Shown here one piece after another: positions 56,652-64,000 of a stretch of DNA of 64,000 nt. The stretch's first letter is position 1; each line of letters begins with the position of its first letter. This DNA is from Clostridiales bacterium (GTDB lineage Bacteria; Bacillota; Clostridia; Christensenellales; Borkfalkiaceae), in NCBI GenBank assembly GCA_015055545.1, contig SVHY01000004.1:10985-74984 (forward strand), written 5' to 3'. A model generated the notes under the pieces. That model saw nothing but the letters and a program-made list of their open reading frames with translations. It was not told the origin of the DNA and made no database searches. Made by a program: the position numbers and the translations under genes.

Positions 56652-57171
56652 AAAAGTAAAAAAAACAGGTATACAAATTTAATTTTTTCGCATATAGTAT
56701 AATATGTGTTTTTAAATCCCTTGCTTTTACGGACTGAAAAATAGCGGAAAAACGCGTTTTTCAATTACCGCTCAATGCGTCGGTAAAGGCGTTTTGCAGG
56801 AAATATAAAAGGGATAATACGAAAGAAAAAACGGTTGATGCGCTTTGCAACGTGTTCGTTGCAAAGTCGCGAAACGGTAATATAAAAGGCTCTATCGCAT
56901 TTCCCGTTTGATTTTTGACGGAAAAACACTATGAAATATTTCGCATTTTGCTCGGTTACAGATGTTTGCATTCTGCGCCCTCGCAAAATACTTGTCTTTC
57001 TTGTGTTTTCCTCGTCAAATCGTAAAATTACTAATCAAACGTTAATTGTGATATCGCCAAATAAAAAAGCAGCTCCCGCCGTGACGAATAATCCGTCGAG
57101 GCGTTTTATCAAAAAAGGAATATTTTTCATAAAACTAACGTAAGATAAGAACAGCAAAAATAGGAGTTTTT

Positions 57172-57651
57172 ATGAAAAAAAGCGAAAAAATCATCACGGC
57201 GGCGCTGACCATTGCTCTCGGCGTATTGCTCATCGTTTTAAAAGGGGAAATCGTCAGTATTTTGATGACGGTGCTTGGGCTTGGATTGATTGTTTTGGGG
57301 ATTTTGGACTTGTTTGAACGCCAAATCCCGCCCGCGGTCGTCAAAGCCGTGATAGGGATAGTGATTATCGTTTGCGGCTGGGTGATTGTAAAAGCGGTGT
57401 TGTATTTGCTTTCCGCGCTCCTTTTGATTGCGGGGATATTGCTTTTGTACGAGCGCATAAAAACGCGCGGCGTTTGTAGCACGGTTTTTCAAGCGATTTG
57501 CCGTTTCGCCGCGCCCGCTTTGTGTATCTTGATAGGTATTTTGTTATTGTTTAATCAAGGCAACACGGTCGCTTGGGTGTTCGTGTTGAGCGGTGTATTT
57601 ACCGTTTTGGAGGGCGGATTACTGCTCGCCGAAGCGCTACTGGACGATTGA
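57172..57651 (+). CDS. Small multi-pass membrane protein (possibly DUF308/HdeD-like)
   Basis: SD TAGGAG lies upstream. 159 aa with 5-6 Gly/Ile/Leu-rich hydrophobic helices. The family assignment is tentative. Confidence 0.65.
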   Translation: MKKSEKIITAALTIALGVLLIVLKGEIVSILMTVLGLGLIVLGILDLFERQIPPAVVKAVIGIVIIVCGWVIVKAVLYLLSALLLIAGILLLYERIKTRGVCSTVFQAICRFAAPALCILIGILLLFNQGNTVAWVFVLSGVFTVLEGGLLLAEALLDD

Positions 57652-57706
57652 GAAGATGAAAAAGGGCTTTTCGACAAAAATTATTTGAAAAAGTCCGTTC
57701 AAACGG

Positions 57707-57735
57707 TTGCAAAATTTCCAAAGGAATGGTATAAT
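57707..57735 (+). promoter_or_regulatory. Near-consensus sigma-A promoter of the rimP-nusA-infB operon
   Basis: TTGCAA, a 17-nt spacer, then TATAAT preceded by TGG (extended -10). Confidence 0.65.
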
Positions 57736-57760
57736 AAGGATACTTAATTATTCAGATGCT

Positions 57761-57860
57761 GAGTATTGAGAGTGGTTCGCCACTCTCAATATTTACTATA
57801 ACCAAATCAATATAATGCGAACCCGTCTCAAAATCGAGTTCGGATTATATTGATTTGGTT
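57761..57860 (+). promoter_or_regulatory. Structured 5' leader of rimP: two long hairpins
   Basis: Hairpin 1: ATTGAGAGTGG-TTCG-CCACTCTCAAT (57765-57790, extendable to 15 bp). Hairpin 2: a perfect 17-bp stem AACCAAATCAATATAAT/ATTATATTGATTTGGTT (57800-57816 with 57844-57860) and an inner CGAAC/GTTCG helix. Confidence 0.6.
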
Positions 57861-57874
57861 AAAGGGGTGCTCCT

Positions 57875-58345
57875 ATGAAAATTAAATCGATAGACGAAAT
57901 ACAAACCGCTTTGCAACCCGTTGCGGACGAACTGCAAATTGAAATTGTAGAGATAGAATTTAAGCAAGGTCATTCGCCCGCGCTCACCGTGTATATCGAC
58001 ACGGAAAACGGCGTGGATTTGGATACTTGCGAAAAGTTCCACCGTGCGATCGATCCCGTTTTAGACGAGATAGATCCTACGTTTGGACAGCCGTATACGC
58101 TCAACGTTTCCAGTCCCGGGCTGGACAGACCGCTCAAAACGGAGCGGGATTTTGCCAAGTGCATGGGCAAAAAAGTAGAAGTGAAACTGTTTGCGCCGAT
58201 GAAAGGGAAAAAGTTCTTTGAAGCAACGCTTATGGGTTTTGACGGGAACTGCGTGGAGTTGCAGACGGGTAAAGAAACGATTAAATTAGAAAAGACGAAA
58301 ATAGCGAAAATTAACCGCGCGATTGATTTCGACGGTTTGGAATAA
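57875..58345 (+). CDS. rimP: Ribosome maturation factor RimP
   Basis: A 156-aa protein first in the nusA operon, with a typical LTVYID...G(V/I)DLD.CE block. Confidence 0.9.
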   Translation: MKIKSIDEIQTALQPVADELQIEIVEIEFKQGHSPALTVYIDTENGVDLDTCEKFHRAIDPVLDEIDPTFGQPYTLNVSSPGLDRPLKTERDFAKCMGKKVEVKLFAPMKGKKFFEATLMGFDGNCVELQTGKETIKLEKTKIAKINRAIDFDGLE

Positions 58346-58385
58346 AAAATACAATCAACGAAAAATCAAACAGGAGATTATGAAA

Positions 58386-59498
58386 ATGGAAAACAAGGAG
58401 TTTTTTGCGGCGCTTACCGATTTGGTAAGAGAAAAGGGTATCAACGAAGAGGCGTTCATTGAAACGTTGGAAAACGCGTTGACGGCGGCGTACAAAAAGC
58501 AATACGACGGCGGTGCGGAGGTTTCCGTTTCGCTTGATGCGGAAAAAGGTAGAATTGAATTCCAAGCGACGCGTTACGTCGTGGAAGAAGTCGTGGACAA
58601 GGATAGAGAAATTTCTTTGGAAGACGCGCAAGAATTGAACCCCGATCACCAAGTGGGCGACGTTATCGTAAAGACGTTCGTACCCAAGGACTTTGGACGT
58701 ATTGCGGCGCAAACGGCAAAACAGGTTATTCTGCAAAAACTGCACGAGGCAGAACGCGACAGCACGTTCTCGGCGTTCTCGGATAAGGAAGGCGAATTGA
58801 TGGAAGGCACGATTCGCAAAATCGACGATAAGAACGTTTACGTAGAGCTTGCCGATAAGAAAGTGGAAGGCGTTATGCCGCCGCAGGATAGAGTGCCCAC
58901 GGAAAAATACGCTGTTGGCGACAAGATTAAAGTGTTCGTAAAGCGCGTGAAAAACAGCGGCAGAAATTCGCAAATTTTGGTATCCCGTTCGGCGGCAGGG
59001 CTTGTTCGCAAACTCTTTGAACAACAAGTTCCCGAAATCGCGCAGGGTATCGTAGAAATTAAGGAAATCGCGCGTGAAGCAGGTCATCGTACGAAGATGG
59101 CGATCGTATCCAACGACGAACGCGTAGATCCCGTAGGCGCTTGCGTAGGCAATCGCGGCGCAAGAGTGAACGCCGTAGTAGAAGAGCTCGGCGGTGAAAA
59201 AATCGATATCATTCTTTGGAACGAAGATCCCTTGGCGTTTATTTACAAGGCGCTTTCGCCTGCAACGGTGCTTTCGGTTACGTCGCGTGGCGAACGTAGC
59301 GCAATGGCAATCGTGCCTGATGAAAAATTATCGCTTGCAATCGGTCGCGACGGTCAAAACGCGCGTTTGGCGGCTCGTCTTACGGGCTGGAAAATCGACG
59401 TAAAGAGTGCGTCTTCTCCCGAGGCGGCTGAGGTTTTGGCGGCTATGGAAGCGGAAGAAGAGTACGAAGACGAAACGGTGGAAACGGAGCAAGAATAA
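58386..59498 (+). CDS. nusA: Transcription termination/antitermination factor NusA
   Basis: MENKEFFAALTDLVREKGI start, with S1 and two KH domains (VGACVGNRGARV, LAIGRDGQNARLAARLTGWKIDV). The ATG at 58386 lies 9 nt from GGAG, and ATG 58380 is an alternative. Confidence 0.95.
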   Translation: MENKEFFAALTDLVREKGINEEAFIETLENALTAAYKKQYDGGAEVSVSLDAEKGRIEFQATRYVVEEVVDKDREISLEDAQELNPDHQVGDVIVKTFVPKDFGRIAAQTAKQVILQKLHEAERDSTFSAFSDKEGELMEGTIRKIDDKNVYVELADKKVEGVMPPQDRVPTEKYAVGDKIKVFVKRVKNSGRNSQILVSRSAAGLVRKLFEQQVPEIAQGIVEIKEIAREAGHRTKMAIVSNDERVDPVGACVGNRGARVNAVVEELGGEKIDIILWNEDPLAFIYKALSPATVLSVTSRGERSAMAIVPDEKLSLAIGRDGQNARLAARLTGWKIDVKSASSPEAAEVLAAMEAEEEYEDETVETEQE

Positions 59499-59767
59499 TG
59501 GCGAAAACGAAGTCCGTGCCCATGCGTATGTGTATAGCGTGCCGTGAAATGAAACCCAAAAAGGAAATGTTTCGGGTGGTAAAAAACGCGGACGGTGAAA
59601 TTTATGCGGACGTAACGGGCAAAGCGCCGGGACGCGGCGCGTATATTTGCAACGCCGACGAATGTAGGAAAAAACTCAACGATAAGAAACTGCTCCATAA
59701 AGTGTTTTCTACAAACGTATCGGACGTCGTATATAAAGGCGTGGAGGAAAAAACGCTTGAAAAGTAA
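59498..59767 (+). CDS. ylxR: YlxR/RnpM-family RNA-binding protein (DUF448)
   Basis: PMRMCIACREMKPKKEMFRVV and GRGAYIC motifs. TAATG junction with nusA. Confidence 0.9.
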   Translation: MAKTKSVPMRMCIACREMKPKKEMFRVVKNADGEIYADVTGKAPGRGAYICNADECRKKLNDKKLLHKVFSTNVSDVVYKGVEEKTLEK

Positions 59768-60086
59768 AATAGAAACCTATTTGGGTTTTTGCGTGCGCGC
59801 GGGGAAACTCGCGTACGGCGTGGACGAAATCGAAAAAAAGCGAAAGGGCGTATTTTTGATTGTGTTCGATGAAACGTTAGGTGCAAATTCTCAAAAAGTG
59901 TTAGCGCAAGCCCGACAAAATTTGTCCTGTCCGTTAATGGTTGCGGATGAAGGGGTTTTGGGCGCGTATTTATACAAACCCGCCGTGAAAGCGGTGGCGA
60001 TAACAGATCATCATCTCGCGTCGGCGATTATAACCGCCGCTCAAAGCGAGCCTCAATTTAAATTCTATTCGGGAGGAACCAACTGA
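59757..60086 (+). CDS. ylxQ: L7Ae-family RNA-binding protein (YlxQ-like)
   Basis: LGFCVRAGKLAYG motif and the canonical position between ylxR and infB. Apparent TTG start overlapping ylxR. Confidence 0.8.
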   Translation: MKSKIETYLGFCVRAGKLAYGVDEIEKKRKGVFLIVFDETLGANSQKVLAQARQNLSCPLMVADEGVLGAYLYKPAVKAVAITDHHLASAIITAAQSEPQFKFYSGGTN

Positions 60087-60090
60087 ACCT

Positions 60091-62724
60091 ATGGCAATGA
60101 AATACGAAAACGTGGAGAAAATCATACAACTTTTGGACGAAAATAAGCTCGGTGGCGTGCAAAAGCGTTTATCTTCCACGGAAAAGAGTCTTTCGGAGAT
60201 TTTAAGAAATATTTCCGTAATGGAAGCGGAAAAAGCCGAACGCGACGCGATTGAAGCCGCGCGTAGAGCGGAAGAAGAAGCGCGTCTTGCGGCAGAGGCC
60301 GCCGCTCAAGCTGCAAAAGCAGCAAAAGAAGCGGAAACGGCGCAAGCTCCCGAAACGAAAGACGAAACGGAAGAAAAACCGAAGAAAACTACGCGGAAAA
60401 AGAAAGAAGAACCGATAGAAGAAACGGCGACGGAAGAACCCGTACAAGCGCAACCCGTAGAATCCGCGCAAAAGGAAACTGCGCAAGCTGAACCCAAAGC
60501 GGAAAAACCCGTGGCAAAGACGTTCGTGCCGAAAACTGCGACTGGTGCACCCAGAGCGCCCCGTTATTTCCGCAACGGACAAGAACAGGGGGTATACGTA
60601 GCGAAACCGGGAACGGAAACGACGGGCGGCGTCGGTTCTACCTATCGTCCTCGCCCGCAAGGCGACAGACCTGCTCGTCCGCAAGGTGCGGTTGGTGCAA
60701 GACCGCTCACGCCCAGAGCACCCCGTTTAGGCGGTGTTTCGGGTGGTATGGTCAGCGCGCCCGTGATGCCTACGCGCGACACGAAATCGTTCTCTGCGCC
60801 CGCGAAGAAAAAGACGTTTGAAAAGACGTATACGGAAAAGAAAACGCTTTCCAAGCGCGCTTTGATGAAACAACAGGGTATGACGGTGGAGGATTTTGAC
60901 GAGGATAAGACAGGGTATAGAAAAGTCCGTTCGCCCAAAAAGCAAAAGAAACAGGATATTCCTACGATCAAGATCGAACACGCGGTTGTAACGACGCAGG
61001 ATATTCCCTTGAAAGTCCTTTCCGAAAAGCTTGGTGTTTCCGCTGTGGAAATTACCAAACGCCTGTTCAAAGAAGGCATTATGAAAGGCATTAACGATTC
61101 TATCGATTACGATAACGCGGCGCTTATGGCGGCGGATATGGGTATTGAACTGGAATACAAACCCGAAAAGACGGCGGAAGACGTGTTGATGGATACGACG
61201 GCTGCGGAAGACGAAACGAAGCTCGTTACGCGTGCACCCGTTGTTACCGTTATGGGACACGTTGACCACGGTAAAACTTCACTTCTTGATAAAATCCGTG
61301 CAACCAGCGTAACGGCTGGCGAAGCGGGCGGTATTACGCAAAGTATCGGTGCATATACGGTTACGGCGAAGGGCAAACAAATCACCTTTATCGATACGCC
61401 TGGACACGCGGCGTTTACGGCAATGCGTGCGCGTGGTGCACAGGTAACGGACGTCGTTATTCTCGTGGTGGCTGCGGACGACGGTATTATGCCGCAAACG
61501 GTGGAAGCGATTAACCACGCCAAAGCAGCGAACGTGCCTATTATCGTTGCGATGAACAAGATGGATAAACACGAAATTAACCCTGATAAGGTGAAACAGG
61601 AACTTATCGAACACGAACTCGTACCCGAAGAATGGGGCGGCGACACGATGGTTATACCCGTTTCAGCAAAGACGGGTATGGGTATTGACGAACTGCTCGA
61701 TTCCGTCAACATCGTTGCAGAAATGCAAGAACTCAAAGCCAACCCCGACCGTCAAGCTAAGGGTACGATTATCGAAGCCAAGCTCGACAAGGGCAAAGGC
61801 CCTGTTGCAAGCATTATCGTACAAACGGGTACGCTCCGTACTGGCGACAATATCCTTTCGGGTACGACCATGGGGCGTGTGCGTGCCATGTTCGACGATA
61901 AAGGCAGAGCGGTAAAAACTGCCGGACCGTCTATGGCGGTTTCCATTCTCGGTTTGGAGGACGTACCTAACGCGGGCGACAGCATTATGGCAGTTGACCA
62001 AGCGCTCATGAAACAGGTACAGGAAGAAAGAAAGAATAAACAACGCGAAAGCATGATCAAAGAACAAAGCCGCGTAACGCTTGACGACGTATTTGCGCAA
62101 GTGGAAGAAGGTAAGATTAAGACCTTGAACCTTATCGTCAAAGGCGACGTACAAGGTAGCGTGGAAGCCGTGAAACAGTCTTTGGAAAAGATTTCCAATG
62201 AAGAAGTGCGCGTGAAAGTTATTCATTCGGCGGCGGGTGCTATCAACGAGGGCGACGTCATGCTTGCCGACAGTGCAAACGCGATTATTATCGGTTTCAA
62301 CGTCCGTCCTGATACGAAGGCGAAAAAACTTGCGGAAACGTCCAAAGTAGACGTGAGAAGTTACCGTATTATTTACGAGCTTCTCGACGACATGGAAGCG
62401 GCGCTCAAAGGTATGCTTGCGCCTAAACTCAAAGAAGTGCTTACGGGTAAATGTGAAGTGCGTCAAACGTTCAATATTTCGAACGTGGGCACGATTGCGG
62501 GTTGCTACGTAACCGAAGGTAAGATCGTTCGCGGCGGTAAACTGAGAATTTACCGTGAAGATATCATGATTTGCGAGGGTGGCGTAAAACAACTCAAACG
62601 CTTTAAAGACGACGTTAAGGAAGTTAACTACGGCTACGAATGTGGTTGTGCTATCGACGGCTTTAACGAAATCCGCGTGGGCGATATTATCGAATGTTAC
62701 GTTACGGAGGAAATCAAAGCGTAA
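60091..62724 (+). CDS. infB: Translation initiation factor IF-2
   Basis: A low-complexity Ala/Glu/Lys/Pro N-terminal region, then the G domain [25 protein letters not shown], and a C-terminal IF2 core. Confidence 0.97.
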   Translation: MAMKYENVEKIIQLLDENKLGGVQKRLSSTEKSLSEILRNISVMEAEKAERDAIEAARRAEEEARLAAEAAAQAAKAAKEAETAQAPETKDETEEKPKKTTRKKKEEPIEETATEEPVQAQPVESAQKETAQAEPKAEKPVAKTFVPKTATGAPRAPRYFRNGQEQGVYVAKPGTETTGGVGSTYRPRPQGDRPARPQGAVGARPLTPRAPRLGGVSGGMVSAPVMPTRDTKSFSAPAKKKTFEKTYTEKKTLSKRALMKQQGMTVEDFDEDKTGYRKVRSPKKQKKQDIPTIKIEHAVVTTQDIPLKVLSEKLGVSAVEITKRLFKEGIMKGINDSIDYDNAALMAADMGIELEYKPEKTAEDVLMDTTAAEDETKLVTRAPVVTVMGHVDHGKTSLLDKIRATSVTAGEAGGITQSIGAYTVTAKGKQITFIDTPGHAAFTAMRARGAQVTDVVILVVAADDGIMPQTVEAINHAKAANVPIIVAMNKMDKHEINPDKVKQELIEHELVPEEWGGDTMVIPVSAKTGMGIDELLDSVNIVAEMQELKANPDRQAKGTIIEAKLDKGKGPVASIIVQTGTLRTGDNILSGTTMGRVRAMFDDKGRAVKTAGPSMAVSILGLEDVPNAGDSIMAVDQALMKQVQEERKNKQRESMIKEQSRVTLDDVFAQVEEGKIKTLNLIVKGDVQGSVEAVKQSLEKISNEEVRVKVIHSAAGAINEGDVMLADSANAIIIGFNVRPDTKAKKLAETSKVDVRSYRIIYELLDDMEAALKGMLAPKLKEVLTGKCEVRQTFNISNVGTIAGCYVTEGKIVRGGKLRIYREDIMICEGGVKQLKRFKDDVKEVNYGYECGCAIDGFNEIRVGDIIECYVTEEIKA

Positions 62725-63101
62725 TGAAAGTATCGAGAACTTCGAGATTGAACGGCGAATATCAAAAGGAAATCAGCGCAATACTTCGCCGTTTAAAGGA
62801 TAGAAACCCCGAAATTAAGGGGTTAATTTCCGTTACGGAAACGGACGTTGCGCCCGATTTAAAAACGGCGTACGTGTACGTGAGCATATACGGCTTGGAC
62901 GAAGCGGGCACAAAACGCGTGTTTGCGCTCTTGCAGGAAAACGCAGGTTATATCCGCCACGAACTTTCGCAGGTCATGCGTATGCGTACCGTTCCCGCGC
63001 TCACCTTCCGCATGGACGGCAGTATGACCTACGGCGCGAAAATGGACGAACTGTTTAAACGTATCCAAACCACTTCATCGGAAAACAAAGACGAGGATTA
63101 A
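62724..63101 (+). CDS. rbfA: Ribosome-binding factor A
   Basis: [21 protein letters not shown] start, VTETDVAPDLKTAYVYVS, and RTVPALTF. TAATG junction with infB. Confidence 0.92.
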   Translation: MKVSRTSRLNGEYQKEISAILRRLKDRNPEIKGLISVTETDVAPDLKTAYVYVSIYGLDEAGTKRVFALLQENAGYIRHELSQVMRMRTVPALTFRMDGSMTYGAKMDELFKRIQTTSSENKDED

Positions 63102-63106
63102 CGCAA

Positions 63107-64000
63107 ATGAATTGCACGTTGGAAGAGATTGCAAACCGCATAAAAAAAGCAAAAAGCGTAGCTATTTTTACGCATATGCGCCCTGACGGCGACGCGTTCG
63201 GTAGCTCGCTGTCGTTAGCGTGCGCGGTTCGTGCGCTCGGCTTACAAGCGGAAGTTTGCGTGGAAACGGAAATCCCGTCTAATTTACGGTTTTTGAACGG
63301 TATTGACGAAGTAAAAAGATTGCCTGAAACAGAGTATGATTTACTGATAACGGTGGATTGTAGCGAACTAACGAGGCTTGGTGCGCTCACGGACGAGTTC
63401 GGTAGAGCTATGCGTAAAAACGTGGATACAATCAATATCGACCATCATATTTCCAACACCCGTTATGCAAAGTACAATTACGTGCGCGAATGTTCGGCAA
63501 ATTGCATGAACGTAGCCTCGCTCATCGCATACATGGGTGCGCCGCTTGATAAAAAAACGGCGGAATATCTGCTGGTTGGTTTGCTTACCGATTCGGGGAA
63601 TTTTGCCCACGACGACGTGAATAGTGAAACGCTTTCTTTGGCGGCAAAGCTCGTAGACGCTGGCGCGGATATCCGTTATTATCATTATAATCTTTTCAAG
63701 AAACAGCCCAAGGCGCGTGCGACGTTGTTTGCGGCGACGATGGGCGGTATACGTTATTTCTTCGACGACAGGTTCGCCGTTATCACCATTACGCAGGACG
63801 CGATGAAAAAATGCGGCGCGGACAACGGTATGACGGAAGGGTTCGTCGATTTCCCGCTCAACGTGGACGGGGTGGAAGTGGCTGCGTCGATTATGGAAGT
63901 GAAATACCGTCAATATAAGATTTCCTTGCGCTCCAAGGAATACGCAGACGTGAACAAAATAGCGGGCACGTTCGGCGGAGGCGGACACGTCCGCGCGGCA
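63107..64000 (+). CDS. nrnA: DHH-family phosphoesterase NrnA-like (bifunctional oligoribonuclease/pAp phosphatase), 3' end outside window
   Basis: My own translation gives MNCTLEEIANRIKKAKSVAIFTHMRPDGDAFGSS, and later the NIDHHISN (DHH) motif. The frame is open to the window end. The ORF is absent from the track, probably because it has no stop codon. Confidence 0.85.
   Translation, partial: MNCTLEEIANRIKKAKSVAIFTHMRPDGDAFGSSLSLACAVRALGLQAEVCVETEIPSNLRFLNGIDEVKRLPETEYDLLITVDCSELTRLGALTDEFGRAMRKNVDTINIDHHISNTRYAKYNYVRECSANCMNVASLIAYMGAPLDKKTAEYLLVGLLTDSGNFAHDDVNSETLSLAAKLVDAGADIRYYHYNLFKKQPKARATLFAATMGGIRYFFDDRFAVITITQDAMKKCGADNGMTEGFVDFPLNVDGVEVAASIMEVKYRQYKISLRSKEYADVNKIAGTFGGGGHVRAA

Noticed and set aside
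56765-57143. Small ORFs in the orphan region: 73 aa on the minus strand (56765-56986) and 70 aa on the plus strand (56931-57143)
   Set aside because: The starts are poor or non-canonical, although the internal ATG at 56971 does have a GAGGG 6 nt upstream. The sequences are highly basic, Phe-rich and of low information, the two ORFs overlap each other, and I recognise no family. There is not enough evidence to call either a gene.
56652-57171. Assignment of the orphan region to a known RNA class (T-box, fluoride, RNase P, 6S, SRP, tmRNA)
   Set aside because: I could not find the diagnostic conserved blocks, such as the T-box GGGTGGNACCGCG or the RNase P GAGGAAAGTCC. No class is claimed.
1-64000. 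CRISPR arrays, rRNA operons, IS elements or transposases, toxin-antitoxin pairs, retron or DGR reverse transcriptases, restriction-modification or other defence modules
   Set aside because: I scanned the intergenic regions and the ORF translations and found no regularly spaced repeats and no proteins with the corresponding signatures. The only methyltransferase has a small-molecule or RNA-type motif and no partner nuclease.

Overview
This window looks like a core chromosomal segment of an endospore-forming, Clostridia-like Firmicute. The supporting signs are spoIVA, whiA, an ntp-type V-ATPase, PFOR, the ecfA-ecfT-truA order and the rimP-nusA-ylxR-ylxQ-infB-rbfA-nrnA order. Coding density is high, and most genes have GGAGG-type ribosome-binding sites and short or overlapping junctions.

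Recognisable content, in order:
- Start of the window: ComEC C-terminus (cut by the window edge); a fused EcfA1-EcfA2 ATPase with EcfT and TruA; a membrane protein; MnmE; a LysR regulator; LepA and HemW; a histidine phosphatase; AroK; a PanE-like reductase; GltX.
- Lysine pathway: a minus-strand asd-dapA-dapB operon behind a lysine (L-box) riboswitch.
- Around spoIVA: a membrane protein; a SAM methyltransferase; Hsp33; TPR and HEAT-like proteins; SpoIVA.
- Sugar acid module and ATPase: eda, a YitT-like gene, kdgK and an SDR; then a nine-gene V-type ATPase operon.
- Accessory-looking locus: a lone tRNA-Ala(CGC); a small XRE regulator; a lipoprotein S1C/PDZ protease.
- Central metabolism: PFOR (nifJ); ROK glucokinase; an AraC-controlled enolase-superfamily dehydratase, SDR and MBL hydrolase cassette.
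- End of the window: murB, a PHP gene, whiA, dnaE, pfkA and a PfkB-family kinase; a roughly 520-bp ORF-poor region; a small membrane protein; the nusA/infB operon.

I found no rRNA, CRISPR array, transposase, integrase or recognisable defence or toxin module. I cannot point to a convincing new multi-gene system.

The most unusual stretch is 37.49-38.11 kb. There the tRNA-Ala 3' end is mirrored in a palindrome and followed by a 133-nt element with a cloverleaf-like fold. Two further decayed inverted tRNA 3'-half relics bracket an XRE gene of deviant composition. Secondary curiosities:
- the fused EcfA with a basic insertion;
- a highly structured rimP-nusA leader;
- an unexplained long leader or orphan region upstream of a small membrane protein;
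- a PFOR that seems to lack an internal segment;
- a possible sugar-acid pathway split between two loci.

All calls rest on reading the sequence and on motif memory. No searches were run.
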